A stretch of 62,935 nucleotides of DNA, filler included, from a bacterium (GTDB taxonomy: Bacteria; JALSQH01): NCBI GenBank assembly GCA_027004335.1. It is 11 parts of 11 records of this genome, joined end to end, with 100 filler letters (N's around TTAATTAATTAA, not from the genome) between each part and the next. Parts side by side here need not be neighbours in the genome. Positions count along the whole stretch, not along the records: positions 1 to 4,971 come from JALTID010000037.1; positions 5,072 to 9,990 come from JALTID010000039.1; positions 10,091 to 14,970 come from JALTID010000040.1; 8 more parts are not named here. The stretch is one strand, 5' to 3'. The notes beneath the pieces were generated by a model. That model was not told the DNA's origin. It saw only the letters and a program-made list of their open reading frames with translations, and searched no databases. Shown here piece after piece: positions 1 to 12,499 of this stretch (position 1 is its first letter; every line of letters begins with the position of its first letter). The translations under genes and the position numbers were made by a program.

Positions 1-582
1 GGACATTGCAGTGAGGGACTGAGAGAATGGCTTGCTTACACAAATATGCACAAAAACCTTATTGAGGATTTTTCAGAATGGTACCTCGTAAAAGTAAAGT
101 TGTTAATTTCCTGTGGAAATTATCATGCCACCTACCCTTTCATTGAAACAATTTCAACAATTCCGGTGGGGAAAAGAATAGCAACACTTCTCTTGAAAAG
201 AGAAGAGATCCTCTTACATAACAACAGTGAGGATGAGAAATCTCCGCTGCTCGCTGGTTTCCTCTCTGCGCTTTTACCTGGAGCTGGAGAATGGTACGCT
301 GGTTATCCAGGAAATGGCCTATTCAGTTTCTTCGTTGTTGGAGCCATGGCAGGTGGTTCATACTATCTTTACGATAGGGGATCCCCCCTTTTCTGGGTTG
401 CTGCAACAATTGGAACGCTCTTTTATGCTGGAAATATTTATGGGGCAGTTACAACAACTCACAGAACTAATCTGCTTACAAGAGAAAAAAAGTGGGAGTA
501 TATAAAAGAGAGAAACAACTGGGATAACCTGATCCAGATATCAAGAGAATATTCAATAAAATTTACATTTTTAAGATGGTAA
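1..582 (+). CDS. Hypothetical membrane protein with TM2/DUF5683-like C-terminal region, 5'-truncated
   Basis: Frame is open from base 1 (GHCSEGLREWLAYTN before the ORF-track Met at 46). KSPLLAGFLSALLPGAGEWYAG motif followed by two hydrophobic segments. Confidence 0.55.
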   Translation, partial: GHCSEGLREWLAYTNMHKNLIEDFSEWYLVKVKLLISCGNYHATYPFIETISTIPVGKRIATLLLKREEILLHNNSEDEKSPLLAGFLSALLPGAGEWYAGYPGNGLFSFFVVGAMAGGSYYLYDRGSPLFWVAATIGTLFYAGNIYGAVTTTHRTNLLTREKKWEYIKERNNWDNLIQISREYSIKFTFLRW

Positions 583-691
583 CTGCAGCATATGGGATTA
601 AAAGGAATCAGACTCACAACAATAAAATCATACAAACATTTGACAGGATGATTTTTTAAAATAATAATCCTGAAAAATCCTAAACTACCCC

Positions 692-719
692 TTGATTTTT
701 CAGTTTCCCTGATTAAAAT
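692..719 (+). promoter_or_regulatory. Putative sigma70 promoter for groEL
   Basis: TTGATT (692-697), 16 nt, TAAAAT (714-719), just upstream of the CIRCE element. Confidence 0.45.
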
Positions 720-731
720 AAAATAAAAAAA

Positions 732-758
732 TTAGCACTCTTCAAAGGTGAGTGATAA
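732..758 (+). promoter_or_regulatory. CIRCE element (HrcA operator)
   Basis: TTAGCACTC-N9-GAGTGATAA, one mismatch to consensus TTAGCACTC-N9-GAGTGCTAA, 19 nt before the groEL ATG and its AGGAGG SD. Confidence 0.9.
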
Positions 759-774
759 CAAAGAAAGGAGGTAA

Positions 775-2412
<1,638 letters not shown>

Positions 2413-2415
2413 GGT

Positions 2416-2443
2416 AAAAAGGGGGCTGCGGCCCCCTTTTTTT
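2416..2443 (+). terminator. Rho-independent terminator after groEL
   Basis: AAAAAGGGGGC-TGCG-GCCCCCTTTTTTT perfect hairpin with a U tract. Confidence 0.9.
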
Positions 2444-2470
2444 GACATAGTAAAGATGATGTGATAATAT
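2442..2470 (+). promoter_or_regulatory. Putative sigma70 promoter, possibly for a leaderless lipoprotein mRNA
   Basis: TTGACA (2442-2447), 17 nt, TAATAT (2465-2470) with a TGn extension. ATG is 6 nt downstream with no SD. Confidence 0.55.
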
Positions 2471-2476
2471 TCTCAC

Positions 2477-3211
2477 ATGAGGAAAAAATTTTTAGCAATA
2501 TTTTTAATAGTAGCTTTTTCAATCCTGGTTACGGCAGCCTGTAGTAAAAGAAAAATGACTCAGAAGCCAGCGAAAACTACTGAGGCTCCTTCCCCTGCCA
2601 ATCAGGAAGCAACAAACATGAAACCAAGCATCCCTTCTACTTCTCCGAAGGCAAATAATGAGAGCGAAGAAACAGCTCCTTCAGCTGAAGAAAGTGTAAA
2701 ATTAGAGCCTTTTCAACCCAACGCTACAACTGATATTAAAGTGGATGTCCCTGAAGATTTTAATGGAGATATTCAATGGTATGTTAACAACAACAGGATC
2801 TACGATGTTTCGGCCCCGATACTGCCCCATAACTATTTTAAAAGAGGAGACACTGTAAAGGTAACAGTAATCTATCCTTCAGGAAAAGTTGCATCGGGAC
2901 AGGCTACAATAGGCGATGCTCCACCTCAAATAATTCTGTCAGATAGCAATTTTGAATTAGATGATGTGCTTCATTATCACATCAATGTGGAGGATCCTGA
3001 TAACGATAATGTGAAAATTGACATTATAGAAGCCCCTGAAGGCTACAAATATGATCCCACCACAAGGACCCTTGCCATACCCATCAGCAACAAACCGGGG
3101 CAACAGGTTATAACTTTTACTATTAAAGCGACAGATCCTTATGGGCGTTACAACCAGAAAAAAATAGCCTATAAGCTTAACACCTCTGTCCAGAAATTAA
3201 AAGTTAAGTGA
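2477..3211 (+). CDS. Lipoprotein with low-complexity linker and Ig/cadherin-like beta domains
   Basis: Signal peptide ending LVTAA-C, Pro/Ser/Ala/Glu-rich linker, then VEDPDND and FTIKATDPYG cadherin-like motifs. Confidence 0.6.
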   Translation: MRKKFLAIFLIVAFSILVTAACSKRKMTQKPAKTTEAPSPANQEATNMKPSIPSTSPKANNESEETAPSAEESVKLEPFQPNATTDIKVDVPEDFNGDIQWYVNNNRIYDVSAPILPHNYFKRGDTVKVTVIYPSGKVASGQATIGDAPPQIILSDSNFELDDVLHYHINVEDPDNDNVKIDIIEAPEGYKYDPTTRTLAIPISNKPGQQVITFTIKATDPYGRYNQKKIAYKLNTSVQKLKVK

Positions 3212-3788
3212 TCTCCTCTTTTTTGAAAATCCATTCTACAGCCTGCAGGAGGTTTTCTGCAATAAAATCAGGGAAAACTTTCCAGCTTTTTTTCTGGTAA
3301 GTATATTCCCCAAGTCCATAGCCAGTAAGAACTATAATCCCAACAGCATTTACTTTTCTTGCAAGTTCAATATCTGTTATCTTGTCACCAATTATATATG
3401 ATTTTTCCAGATCAATGCTAAAATCAGAAGCAGCCTTCTCCAGCATGCCAGGATTTGGTTTTCTACATGGACAATCAATTGCGTATTCTTTCACCTCTCC
3501 CTGAGGGTGGTGAGGACAGTAATATATGGCATCTAAGTATGCTCCCTCCTCAGCAAGCTGTTTCCTTAGTCGCTCGTGAACAACTGGGATAAGATCCTCC
3601 GTAAAATAGCCTCTTGCTACCCCTGCCTGATTTGTCGTAATTATTGCAAGAAAAGGGGAAGAATTTATCATCTGAATTGCCCTTCCAGCAAAGGGGTATA
3701 TTCTGAATCTTGAAGGATGATTCACATAACCCACTTCATAGGAAACTGTGCCATCCCTATCCATGAAGATTGCTCTGTTTTTCTTCAT
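3204..3788 (-). CDS. gmhB: D-glycero-D-manno-heptose 1,7-bisphosphate phosphatase (HAD)
   Basis: FMDRDGT, TNQAGVARG, YYCPHHP...CPCRKP and IGDK motifs; lies in an LPS gene run. Confidence 0.9.
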   Translation of the reverse strand: MKKNRAIFMDRDGTVSYEVGYVNHPSRFRIYPFAGRAIQMINSSPFLAIITTNQAGVARGYFTEDLIPVVHERLRKQLAEEGAYLDAIYYCPHHPQGEVKEYAIDCPCRKPNPGMLEKAASDFSIDLEKSYIIGDKITDIELARKVNAVGIIVLTGYGLGEYTYQKKSWKVFPDFIAENLLQAVEWIFKKEEIT

Positions 3789-4665
3789 CAGGTTTCTCCG
3801 GTTGGGTTTTCCATCTATTATGGACCCAGAACCACTGCTCTGGATATTTTTTAATTACATTTTCAAGAAAAGTTGTATACTTCTGAGTGTTTTTTATAAC
3901 ATCCTTATCAAGATTACCACTTTTAATGGGGAAGATCGGAGATTCCAGCCTCACCAGGAACTTCGCATCATCTCTCCTTACACAGTATGCAGGTAATACC
4001 GGAATGTTAAACTTCAGCGATAAAAGTGCAACTACCTTAAAAGTTGATGCGGGCTTACCAAAGAAATCAACAAATACAGCCTCTCTTGCAGGCGCATTTT
4101 GATCAAGCAAAAATACCAGATTCTCTCCTTTTCTTATTCTTTTCATCATTTCAAATACCTGGTTCTTACCTGTTATAAGATCAATACCGATTTCTTCTCT
4201 TATGGATGTAATGAAATTATCTATGTATCTATTATTAATTGGCTTTACAATAGCAGCTCCTCTACCAATTTTTTTAACAAAGCCTATGGAGGCAATCTCC
4301 CAATTCCCAATATGACCAGTTAAAATAATAAAACCCTTATCGCTCTTTTTAAGTTCATCCAGATATTCAAGATTTTCAAAGCGAAAAAAGTTTTCCCAGT
4401 TCCTGTAAATTTTTTTCCAGTAGACGATTTCTCCTATTATCTTCCCATAATGATGATAATTTCTTTTAACAATTTTTCTTGCTTCTCTTACTGGAATATC
4501 AAGAGCAAATGAAGCATTATTTAAGGCTATTTTCCTCCTTCTTTTATCAAGGTAAAACCAAAGCATTGTTAAATTCTCCCCCACCCTTCTTGCACCATTT
4601 AGTCCAAGGAATCTCAGGAAAATATAAAAAAATTTTAAAAAAAGATAAGAAACATAATCCATCAT
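3757..4665 (-). CDS. lpxL: Lipid A biosynthesis lauroyl/acyltransferase (LpxL/HtrB family)
   Basis: GHIGNWE, LLDQN, VDFFG and PEQWFWVHNRWK motifs. Confidence 0.88.
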   Translation of the reverse strand: MMDYVSYLFLKFFYIFLRFLGLNGARRVGENLTMLWFYLDKRRRKIALNNASFALDIPVREARKIVKRNYHHYGKIIGEIVYWKKIYRNWENFFRFENLEYLDELKKSDKGFIILTGHIGNWEIASIGFVKKIGRGAAIVKPINNRYIDNFITSIREEIGIDLITGKNQVFEMMKRIRKGENLVFLLDQNAPAREAVFVDFFGKPASTFKVVALLSLKFNIPVLPAYCVRRDDAKFLVRLESPIFPIKSGNLDKDVIKNTQKYTTFLENVIKKYPEQWFWVHNRWKTQPEKPDEEKQSNLHG

Positions 4666-4971
4666 CTCCTTTTCATCACCCCTGCAATTTTCTCAAACAG
4701 AATTTTCTGACTGTTACCAATAAATTCAATTCTTGAGAGAGGGTAAAAAACCTTCTCTCTGCAATCTCCCAATTTCTCAAGTTTCACCGCATCCTTCTCA
4801 GTAGTGATAATTATATGGTTTTCACCTGAGTATAAAAACTTTCGGATAAATGATAAAAATGAAGCGGGATAAGGAAAATGGTCAGGAAGTGGAACCTTTA
4901 ACCACGGGTTGATCCCGATGGCCATGAGAGAATTAAAAAATGAAGAGGGATGTGCTATGCCACTTACAAAA
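4662..4971 (-). CDS. lpxK: Tetraacyldisaccharide 4'-kinase, C-terminal fragment cut by the contig end
   Basis: Frame open to the contig edge: FVSGIAHPSSF...LPDHFPY...IITTEKDAVKL are LpxK C-terminal motifs. Confidence 0.85.
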
Positions 4972-5071
4972 NNNNNNNNNNNNNNNNNNNNNNNNNNNNN
5001 NNNNNNNNNNNNNNNTTAATTAATTAANNNNNNNNNNNNNNNNNNNNNNNNNNNNNNNNNNNNNNNNNNNN
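4972..5071. other. Artificial contig linker
   Basis: N44-TTAATTAATTAA-N44, which gives stops in all six frames. Confidence 0.99.
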
Positions 5072-5073
5072 CA

Positions 5074-5274
5074 GGTACTGTTTATACAGGAAGATTTTTC
5101 TATTTACAGGATCTTGATGATAGAAGTGCTTTCCTCTATCCGGAGGGAGGTAAGTTTTTAACTCAGAATCTTTTTCCTTTAGAGCATTATTCATTGATGG
5201 CAGGAAGAGTAGCATCTTCTACTCTTTTCGTAGTGGTAAAGGTGTGTTTTTTTCAAATCAGGGAGTGGTGGTAA
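5074..5274 (+). CDS. Possible 3' fragment of an unknown gene
   Basis: Plus frame open from the contig edge (GTVYTGRFFYLQDLDD...IREWW*). A competing minus-strand ORF exists and no motif was recognised. Confidence 0.25.
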   Translation, partial: GTVYTGRFFYLQDLDDRSAFLYPEGGKFLTQNLFPLEHYSLMAGRVASSTLFVVVKVCFFQIREWW

Positions 5275-5455
5275 GAGAGTGGGTTCATATGTCGCTATTA
5301 CATTTTAAGACTTTTTAGTAATAAATATATCCATGTAGCGGTCATATTTTGAAAAATATCTTTTTTGTATTAAAATCTTAATAAGAGCTGCGATTGAAGA
5401 GTAGAGAATTTTGCTTTGTAAAGAAATGATTATTTTATTTTTCAAGGTGTCCTGA

Positions 5456-7912
5456 ATGCATAAAAAGAAAAAGGAAGCTCATCATATTAAAAGTGATATT
5501 TATGCTCTTATCTTAGCTGTAATTACAATTCTGCTTTTTTTAAGCCTTATAAGTTATTCTCCTTCAGATCCTTCCTTTTTTGCAGTTTCAAGTTTGCATC
5601 AAATTCACAATTATGCTGGGCTTATGGGTAGTTATCTTGCTGATCTTCTTTTTCAGATATTTGGTTATGGAGCGTGGTTAATAGTTTTGCTTTTGTTTTA
5701 TTTTTCTATAATTCTTTTTGCGGAAAAAGAGGAAGCTTTTCCTGTGTGGAGAATAATCGGTGGTCTTTTTTCCCTTGTAATTTTTGTTCCACCTTTATTA
5801 GCTCTTATTTTTCCCCATCGTTACTCTCAGCCATTTTTCAGAGGTGGTTTGCTTGGAAAGTTTTTAGGTGAAATTTCTATTGAGCTGTTTGGTCCTGTAG
5901 GGACCTACTTTGTGCTGGCAGGGATAATTATTATTTCCCTTGTTTATGCTACAGGGATTTCTTTTATAGGGGCTGTGAGAGGATTTTTTAAGGGTGTTGT
6001 AACACTCATAAGGTACAGAAAAGGGTCAATTAAAGGGGAAGTCCCTCCTGACGATTCAGAACATATTGAGAAGACAAGGAGGACAATAGATATAAAAAGT
6101 GTTGTTGTGGATAAGAAGAAGGGAGATTCCTCTACTCTTACAGGAAGGGCTGCAGAGGATAGCAAAGAAGAAAAACCGTTTGTGATGGGTGAGGAAAGCT
6201 CCGACTTTACCGTTCCTGAATTTAAAGAGGAGAGTACTTTAACGGAGGAAACTGGAAGTGAAATAAAGGGAGCTTCAGAATTACTCAGTGGGAGTGATTA
6301 TATTCTGGAAGAAGACGATACAACGAAAGAAGACATTGAGATCTATGAAGTGAAGCCTACCAGGGAAAAAAGGAGGAAAAATCTTCCTGTTATACCGAGA
6401 GAGTTTGAAATCCCGTCTGTTAGCCTTCTTGAAGAGCCTGAAAAGGAAAATGTGAATGCGAGTGAGGAAAAACTTAAGAGGCAGGCTCGTATACTTAGAA
6501 GCAAGCTTGCTGAATTCAAAGTTGATGGAAAAGTTACAGGGATTTTACCTGGTCCCATAATTACCAGGTATGAATTTGTCCCTGCCCCCGGCATAAAGGT
6601 CTCCAATATAGTAAATCTTGCTGATGATCTCTCCATGGCGTTGAAAGCTTCCAAGGTGAGGATCTCGGTTATTTCAAGAAAGGGGGTCCTTGGCATAGAG
6701 GTACCCAATGAGAAGAGAAGAGTAGTCAGATTAAGGGAGATCCTGGAGAGTGACCCGTATAATAATCGCAAATTGAGACTCCCCCTTATTCTGGGCCTGG
6801 ACATTTCCGGAGTGCCTGTTGTGGAGGATCTTGTGGGAATGCCCCATATTCTTATTGCCGGTATGACGGGATCAGGCAAAAGTGTAGGAATAAATTCCAT
6901 AATTATGGGCCTGATTTACAGGCACACGCCTAAGACTCTACGATTTGTTCTTGTTGATCCTAAATTAGTAGAACTTTCTGTTTACAGTGATATTCCCCAT
7001 CTTCTCCTTCCTGTTATTTCTGAGAGTGACAAAGCGGTGGGTGCTCTGAGGGGAATAGTGGAGGAGATGGAGAGAAGGTACTCCATGCTCAGACTTTTGA
7101 AAGTCAGAAATATTGAGGAGTACAACACTAAATTTGAAAAAATAGCTCAGGGAGCGCAGGAACTCTGGATAGCCCCAGAGAATGAGTTATTTCGTCCCGA
7201 TGAGCTTGAATATGATGAAGATGGAAGAGCAAGGCTTGAGTCTCTCCCTTATATTGTGGTGATAATTGATGAATACTCAGATCTTATGTTTGCCACGGGG
7301 AAAAAGGTGGAAGAGTTTGTTGCGAGATTGGCTCAGAAAGCGAGAGCTGCCGGGATCCACATAATTCTCGCAACCCAGAGACCCTCAGCCAAGGTGGTAA
7401 CGGGTATTATCAAGGCGAATCTTCCTGCGAGGATAGCTTATAATGTGAGATCTGCTACTGATTCAAGGATAATTTTAGATGATCCAGGTGCCTCGCAACT
7501 TCTGGGTAAAGGAGATATGCTCTTTCTCCATCCTTCAAGAAGCGAATTGAGAAGGATACAGGGTCCGCTGGTTACTCTTGACGAAGTTAGGAGAGTTGTG
7601 GATTTCTGGAAAAAGCAGGGAAGACCGATGTACAGAGAGGATCTTATAAAACTGGAAGGTGAAGAGCCTGCCACCGGCGGAGAAGATATTGCCAGATACA
7701 AGGACAATATCTACTTCAGAGCTTTAAGAATAGCCATGGAGGAAGGAGAGATCAGTGCCAGTAAGTTGCAGAGAAGATTGGGAATAGGGTATAATAGGGC
7801 AGCAAGGTATGTAGAAATTATGGAGAGAGAGGGGATAATATCCCATGCAGATGGAGCAAAACCAAGAAAGGTTTTGAAATACATTGATGTTGATAGACTG
7901 GAGGATGAATAG
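5456..7912 (+). CDS. ftsK: DNA translocase FtsK
   Basis: N-terminal TM domain, acidic linker, Walker A AGMTGSGKS, DPKLVELS, IIDEYSDL, LAQKARAAGIH, gamma domain LQRRLGIGYNRAAR. Confidence 0.98.
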   Translation: MHKKKKEAHHIKSDIYALILAVITILLFLSLISYSPSDPSFFAVSSLHQIHNYAGLMGSYLADLLFQIFGYGAWLIVLLLFYFSIILFAEKEEAFPVWRIIGGLFSLVIFVPPLLALIFPHRYSQPFFRGGLLGKFLGEISIELFGPVGTYFVLAGIIIISLVYATGISFIGAVRGFFKGVVTLIRYRKGSIKGEVPPDDSEHIEKTRRTIDIKSVVVDKKKGDSSTLTGRAAEDSKEEKPFVMGEESSDFTVPEFKEESTLTEETGSEIKGASELLSGSDYILEEDDTTKEDIEIYEVKPTREKRRKNLPVIPREFEIPSVSLLEEPEKENVNASEEKLKRQARILRSKLAEFKVDGKVTGILPGPIITRYEFVPAPGIKVSNIVNLADDLSMALKASKVRISVISRKGVLGIEVPNEKRRVVRLREILESDPYNNRKLRLPLILGLDISGVPVVEDLVGMPHILIAGMTGSGKSVGINSIIMGLIYRHTPKTLRFVLVDPKLVELSVYSDIPHLLLPVISESDKAVGALRGIVEEMERRYSMLRLLKVRNIEEYNTKFEKIAQGAQELWIAPENELFRPDELEYDEDGRARLESLPYIVVIIDEYSDLMFATGKKVEEFVARLAQKARAAGIHIILATQRPSAKVVTGIIKANLPARIAYNVRSATDSRIILDDPGASQLLGKGDMLFLHPSRSELRRIQGPLVTLDEVRRVVDFWKKQGRPMYREDLIKLEGEEPATGGEDIARYKDNIYFRALRIAMEEGEISASKLQRRLGIGYNRAARYVEIMEREGIISHADGAKPRKVLKYIDVDRLEDE

Positions 7913-8566
7913 ATGAAGAGAAGAGTTTCTGTTATTTTTCTAATCATTTTCTTTGCAGTATCTCTTGAAGCTTCCTCATTGAGCAGGATTATTAACAAAC
8001 TTCAGAAAATTTATGAAAAGGCAGAGGATTTTAAGTCAGAATTTCATCAGGAAAGCTATAACAGGACTTTTAAAAGATGGGTTAAAGCTGATGGTGTTGT
8101 TTATATGAAAAAGAGTGGAAAAATGAGATGGGAGTACAAAGGGGAGAATGCCCAGACAATCGTTTCTGACGGAAAAACCATGTGGGTTTATCAATCTGCT
8201 GCAAAGGAAGTAATAATCAGTGATCTAAGATCCTCAGTTGCAAAGGTTCCTGTGAGTTTCCTTGATGGTATGGGGAACCTGAAGAGAGATTTTAAGGTTG
8301 AGAAGATATCCTTAAAGGATTACCCATCATCTAAATATATTGTTCTTCGTCTTACCCCTAAAAAAGAACTACCAAATCTGACGGAGATGATTCTTGTCAT
8401 TAAAAGAAAAGATTTTTCTGTTAAGGAGGTTAGGTCTTTTGACTTTTACCATAATGAAAACAGGATCATTTTTAAAAATCCAGAGATAAATAGCGGCCTG
8501 AAGGATTCTCTCTTCAGGTTTAAAATTCCACCGGGCACCAGAGTTATGAAAATGCCCTCAAGATAG
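7913..8566 (+). CDS. lolA: Outer-membrane lipoprotein carrier LolA
   Basis: Signal peptide, GKMRWEY, IVSDGKTMWVY, LFRFKIPPG; canonical ftsK-lolA order. Confidence 0.88.
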   Translation: MKRRVSVIFLIIFFAVSLEASSLSRIINKLQKIYEKAEDFKSEFHQESYNRTFKRWVKADGVVYMKKSGKMRWEYKGENAQTIVSDGKTMWVYQSAAKEVIISDLRSSVAKVPVSFLDGMGNLKRDFKVEKISLKDYPSSKYIVLRLTPKKELPNLTEMILVIKRKDFSVKEVRSFDFYHNENRIIFKNPEINSGLKDSLFRFKIPPGTRVMKMPSR

Positions 8567-8578
8567 AAGTTTTGCTCC

Positions 8579-9990
8579 ATGAGGAGAAAATATCTGGAAG
8601 AAATTCTTAATATAGTTGAAAATAGCGCTGAGGGAAGAAATTTTGTTCATAAAGAGATTATCCCTGAAAGGAAGGGCAGGTTTGTCCCTTTTCCTGAGAA
8701 TCTCCATCCTGAAATTGTCTCTGCTCTTAAAGGAAGTAGAATTGAATCTCTCTATTCTCATCAGGCGGAGAGTTTCAGACTGGCAAAGGAAGGCAAAAAT
8801 ATTGTTGTTGTTACTCCTACAGCATCGGGAAAGACCCTTTCATATAATCTTCCAGTTATTGATGAGATATTGAGAGATCCCTCCAGCAGAGCGCTCTATA
8901 TTTTTCCCACAAAGGCTCTATCTCAGGATCAGGTTGCTGAATTGATGGATATAAAAAAATACTTTATAAATCCTTTTACAACTTTTACCTACGATGGAGA
9001 CACCCCTGCTGATGCCAGGCAGAAGATAAGGGAGAAGGGTAACATTGTTGTGACAAATCCTGATATGCTTCATCAGGCCATTCTGCCTCACCATACTAAA
9101 TGGGATAAGTTTTTTAAGAATCTGAAATATATTGTAATTGATGAATTGCACTACTACAGAGGTGTTTTTGGCAGCCATTTTGCCAATGTTTTAAGGAGAT
9201 TGAGGAGGATCCTGAGATTTTATTCTTCTAAGCCTGTCTTTATAATGGCCTCAGCCACAATATCCAACCCAGGGGGACTTGCTGAGAGATTAATTGAACA
9301 ACCTGTTGTTGTAATTGATAGGAATGGTGCTCCGGCGGGGAAGAAGTATTTCTATTTTTATAATCCACCAGTCATTAATAAAGATTTAAGGATCAGGAAG
9401 AGTGCCCTACGGGAGTCTACAAAGTTAGCTGCAAATTTTATTGAAAATGGTTTTTATACTATTGTTTTTGCCCATTCAAGGCTTCAGGTGGAGATCATGG
9501 TGAAATACCTTAAAGGGGCCGTGGAGAAAAAGCTTCAGGATATGGGGCAAATAAGAGGATACAGGGGAGGGTATTTACCTCTGAGGAGGCGAGAAATTGA
9601 GGAGGGCCTCAGAAATGGAGAGGTTAAGGGTGTGGTCTCCACCAATGCCCTTGAATTGGGTATTGACATTGGTTCCCTTGATGTTTCTGTAATGGCGGGT
9701 TTTCCCGGTACTATTGCCAGTGCATGGCAGCAGGCAGGAAGGGCAGGGAGAAAACAGAGAAGCTCTGCTGCCATTTTAGTGGCAACCAGTTCCCCTGTGG
9801 ATCAATTTTTGATGAATAATCCAGAGTATTTTTTCGGAAAAGATCCTGAGGAGGCTCTTATTAATCCTGACAATCTTCTGATCCTTACTGACCATGTTAG
9901 ATGTGCGGCTTTTGAGCTACCCTTTGAAGAAGGAGAAAAATTGGGGAATAAGGATGTTACAGAATTTCTGGAGTATCTTGAAGAGGAAGG
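8579..9990 (+). CDS. DEAD/DEAH-box helicase, YprA/MrfA/SftH (DUF1998-associated) family, 3'-truncated
   Basis: LYSHQ, TPTASGKT, FPTKALSQDQ, YDGDTP, TNPDMLH, DELH, SAT, STNALELGIDIG, QQAGRAGR motifs. Confidence 0.9.
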
Positions 9991-10090
9991 NNNNNNNNNN
10001 NNNNNNNNNNNNNNNNNNNNNNNNNNNNNNNNNNTTAATTAATTAANNNNNNNNNNNNNNNNNNNNNNNNNNNNNNNNNNNNNNNNNNNN
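9991..10090. other. Artificial contig linker
   Basis: N44-TTAATTAATTAA-N44. Confidence 0.99.
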
Positions 10091-12498
10091 TTTAAAAGAT
10101 TCTGACCAACAACAAAAAATGTTAGATTCTCAGTAGGAAGATAGGCAACCCTCGCTCTTAAAAGGTAGTATGGCGGTACTTTATAAAGAACATCGGGAGA
10201 AACCTTTGCATACAATTCAGGGATCGGAGAAGGCTCTTCACCAGGAGAAAGAGCCGCGGTAGGATCCACAGCAGGGAGCAGGTAGGGGATATTATCAGCG
10301 TCACGATAACCTTCTATTTCAGACTCATAATGAGCAAGGAGGGAGAGTTCCCATTTCTCAGGCAGGAAAAATATACCTGCATTTGCAATGTGCTCTGGAT
10401 ATATCTTAGAAAGTCCTTTCTCATTTTCTTCAGTGTAAGGATTATCAAACTCATTGTATGTTCGTGAAAAAGAATAATTGGCAAAGAATCGCCATGTAGC
10501 AATAGGCTGCCAATCAAGATAAACTTCTGTCCCGTAACCATGAGCATTCCCAATATTCCCAAAGGAATATCCTTCAGAGGTTTGCCGAAGATCAATAAGA
10601 TCCCTGTACCAGTTGTAATAAAGATTTATTCCCCCTTTCAATGTTTTCTCAAAGAATCTACCCTCGTAATCAAGTTCCAGAGAATAGATAGTTTCAGCTT
10701 TAGTATCCTCGTTACCCTTCACCTTGGCAGGAATTGGTGAAATTACAAATTGAGGAGGATTTAAAAGTTTTCCACCAGGTGCTACTGCAACAATGGTTGG
10801 TACATCAAAATTAACATCAGATTCAACAAAAGTAGGATTCCTATATGCGCTACTCCCCACAAGACGGATAACATGTTTTTCCTCTGGTTTAAACATGATG
10901 GCAAATCTCGGGCTCATATGCTCCTTTGTTAATGGATGATAATCATACCTGAAAGAAATATTCAGGATAAGTTTCCCATTAAGGAAATGATCCTCATTTA
11001 AAAATGAAAAACCGTACATATTTCTCAAATATGATTTCAAAAAAAGCTCAGGGGAGTTTAGATAATCAAAGGTATAATTAGCGGTAAATCTAAGCTTATA
11101 ATTCTCCTTAAAGATATTTGTATAAATTGCCTCAACATTCCCCAAACTCCCCCTTACATACCCATCAATTATATTCGGTGGGAGAGAAAAGGATTCACCC
11201 ATGTAACCGGTTAAACCAGAGGTATCTGGCTTTATATAAGCTAATATCCCTGTATCATAGTAATTCAAATATGCTACTGTTCTCCAGTTGCCCTTTTTAA
11301 AATCGATTCTTCCATATCCAAAATATCCATAATTGTTTTGAAATAGAAAAGACTTCGCTGCTGTTTCCGCATCGATGGAATTTAATCCTCCGGAAAGCTC
11401 AACATATCCATTGCTCAGATCCTTCCCTATTTCAAAGTTACCCCAGTAGGTTTTAGCAGGATTGTTCACCCCTTCCATGATCTCTGGTACATTAATCCTG
11501 CTGAATTCCTCGTATCTCCTCCATCCTACAGTCATTCTTGTATAAACTTTGCCATACACATTCGCAGAAGAGATTTCAGCGGTGTTACTTTTCAGTCCCT
11601 TATCTCCTACGGCAAAATAGAAATAAGTGCCTGGCTCTCTATGAGGATCTCTCAGATAAATATTTATGGCACCAGCATAGGCATTGGGACCATAAATTGT
11701 TGAAACAGGTCCTTCTACAACCTCTATGTGATCAATATCCATCAAAAATAGGGGAAAAGTCATATAAGGAGTAATCCCTATAAAAGCCACAGAACCCGGC
11801 CTATCATTGATAAGTGTTAGAACTCTTTTATTTTCCTCCATTGCCATACCGCGGATTCCCGGCTCTATATCAGATGCGTTAATTCTTACAAGTCTCATTC
11901 CAGGTACATAAAAAAAAGCATCAAGGAGACTGAAACTACCCAATTTAAGAAGATCTCTGCGGTAGAGGATAAATGTTGAAGCAGGAGCCTCACTTCTCTT
12001 CTGTTTAAAACCTGAAGCTGATTCTACCTCGGCTTCCGCTTTAAAATAAGCCACCTCCTCAGAAATTCCCTGTTGCAAATATTGACCAAGTTCGCCTCCC
12101 AGATATCCCTCTTCCTGAGATTTTTTCACTTTTATGTACTGTGGCGCCTTCTTACTGGCAAAAAGTGGAATAAATTTATTCTTCTTACTTTCTGCTATAA
12201 TATAATAGAAGATGCCCGGAGGATTAACCTTATTGGAAGGAATTATTCCTTCATAATGACCCAATTTCTCCTTGGGGAATAAAAAAACAGCTTGATAGGT
12301 AGTTTCATTCTCTCCTCTGAAGAAGACAATTATATTTTTCACATCTTCATATCCCTTAATATCAATAGAAAGTTTAACAGTATGCCCTTCAACTACCGAT
12401 GCAGGAGGATTGTGTGACAATAGGATGACACCCGCATGAGCAAGTCCAGGGAGCATAAGACCTATTAACAGGATCAGAAAAAATTTTACACTCTTCAT
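10091..12498 (-). CDS. TonB-dependent receptor with extra N-terminal domain, 3'-truncated
   Basis: Likely start MKSVKFF at 12498 with a signal peptide ending AHA. Plug motif IDHIEVVEGPVSTIYGPNAYAGAINI; barrel motifs SPRFAIMF, AYRNPTF, VVGQNLL. Confidence 0.88.
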
Positions 12499-12499
12499 C

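Noticed and set aside
644..672. Imperfect inverted repeat CAGGAT...ATCCTG upstream of groEL
   Set aside because: Weak and AT-rich; cannot be distinguished from chance or a weak terminator.
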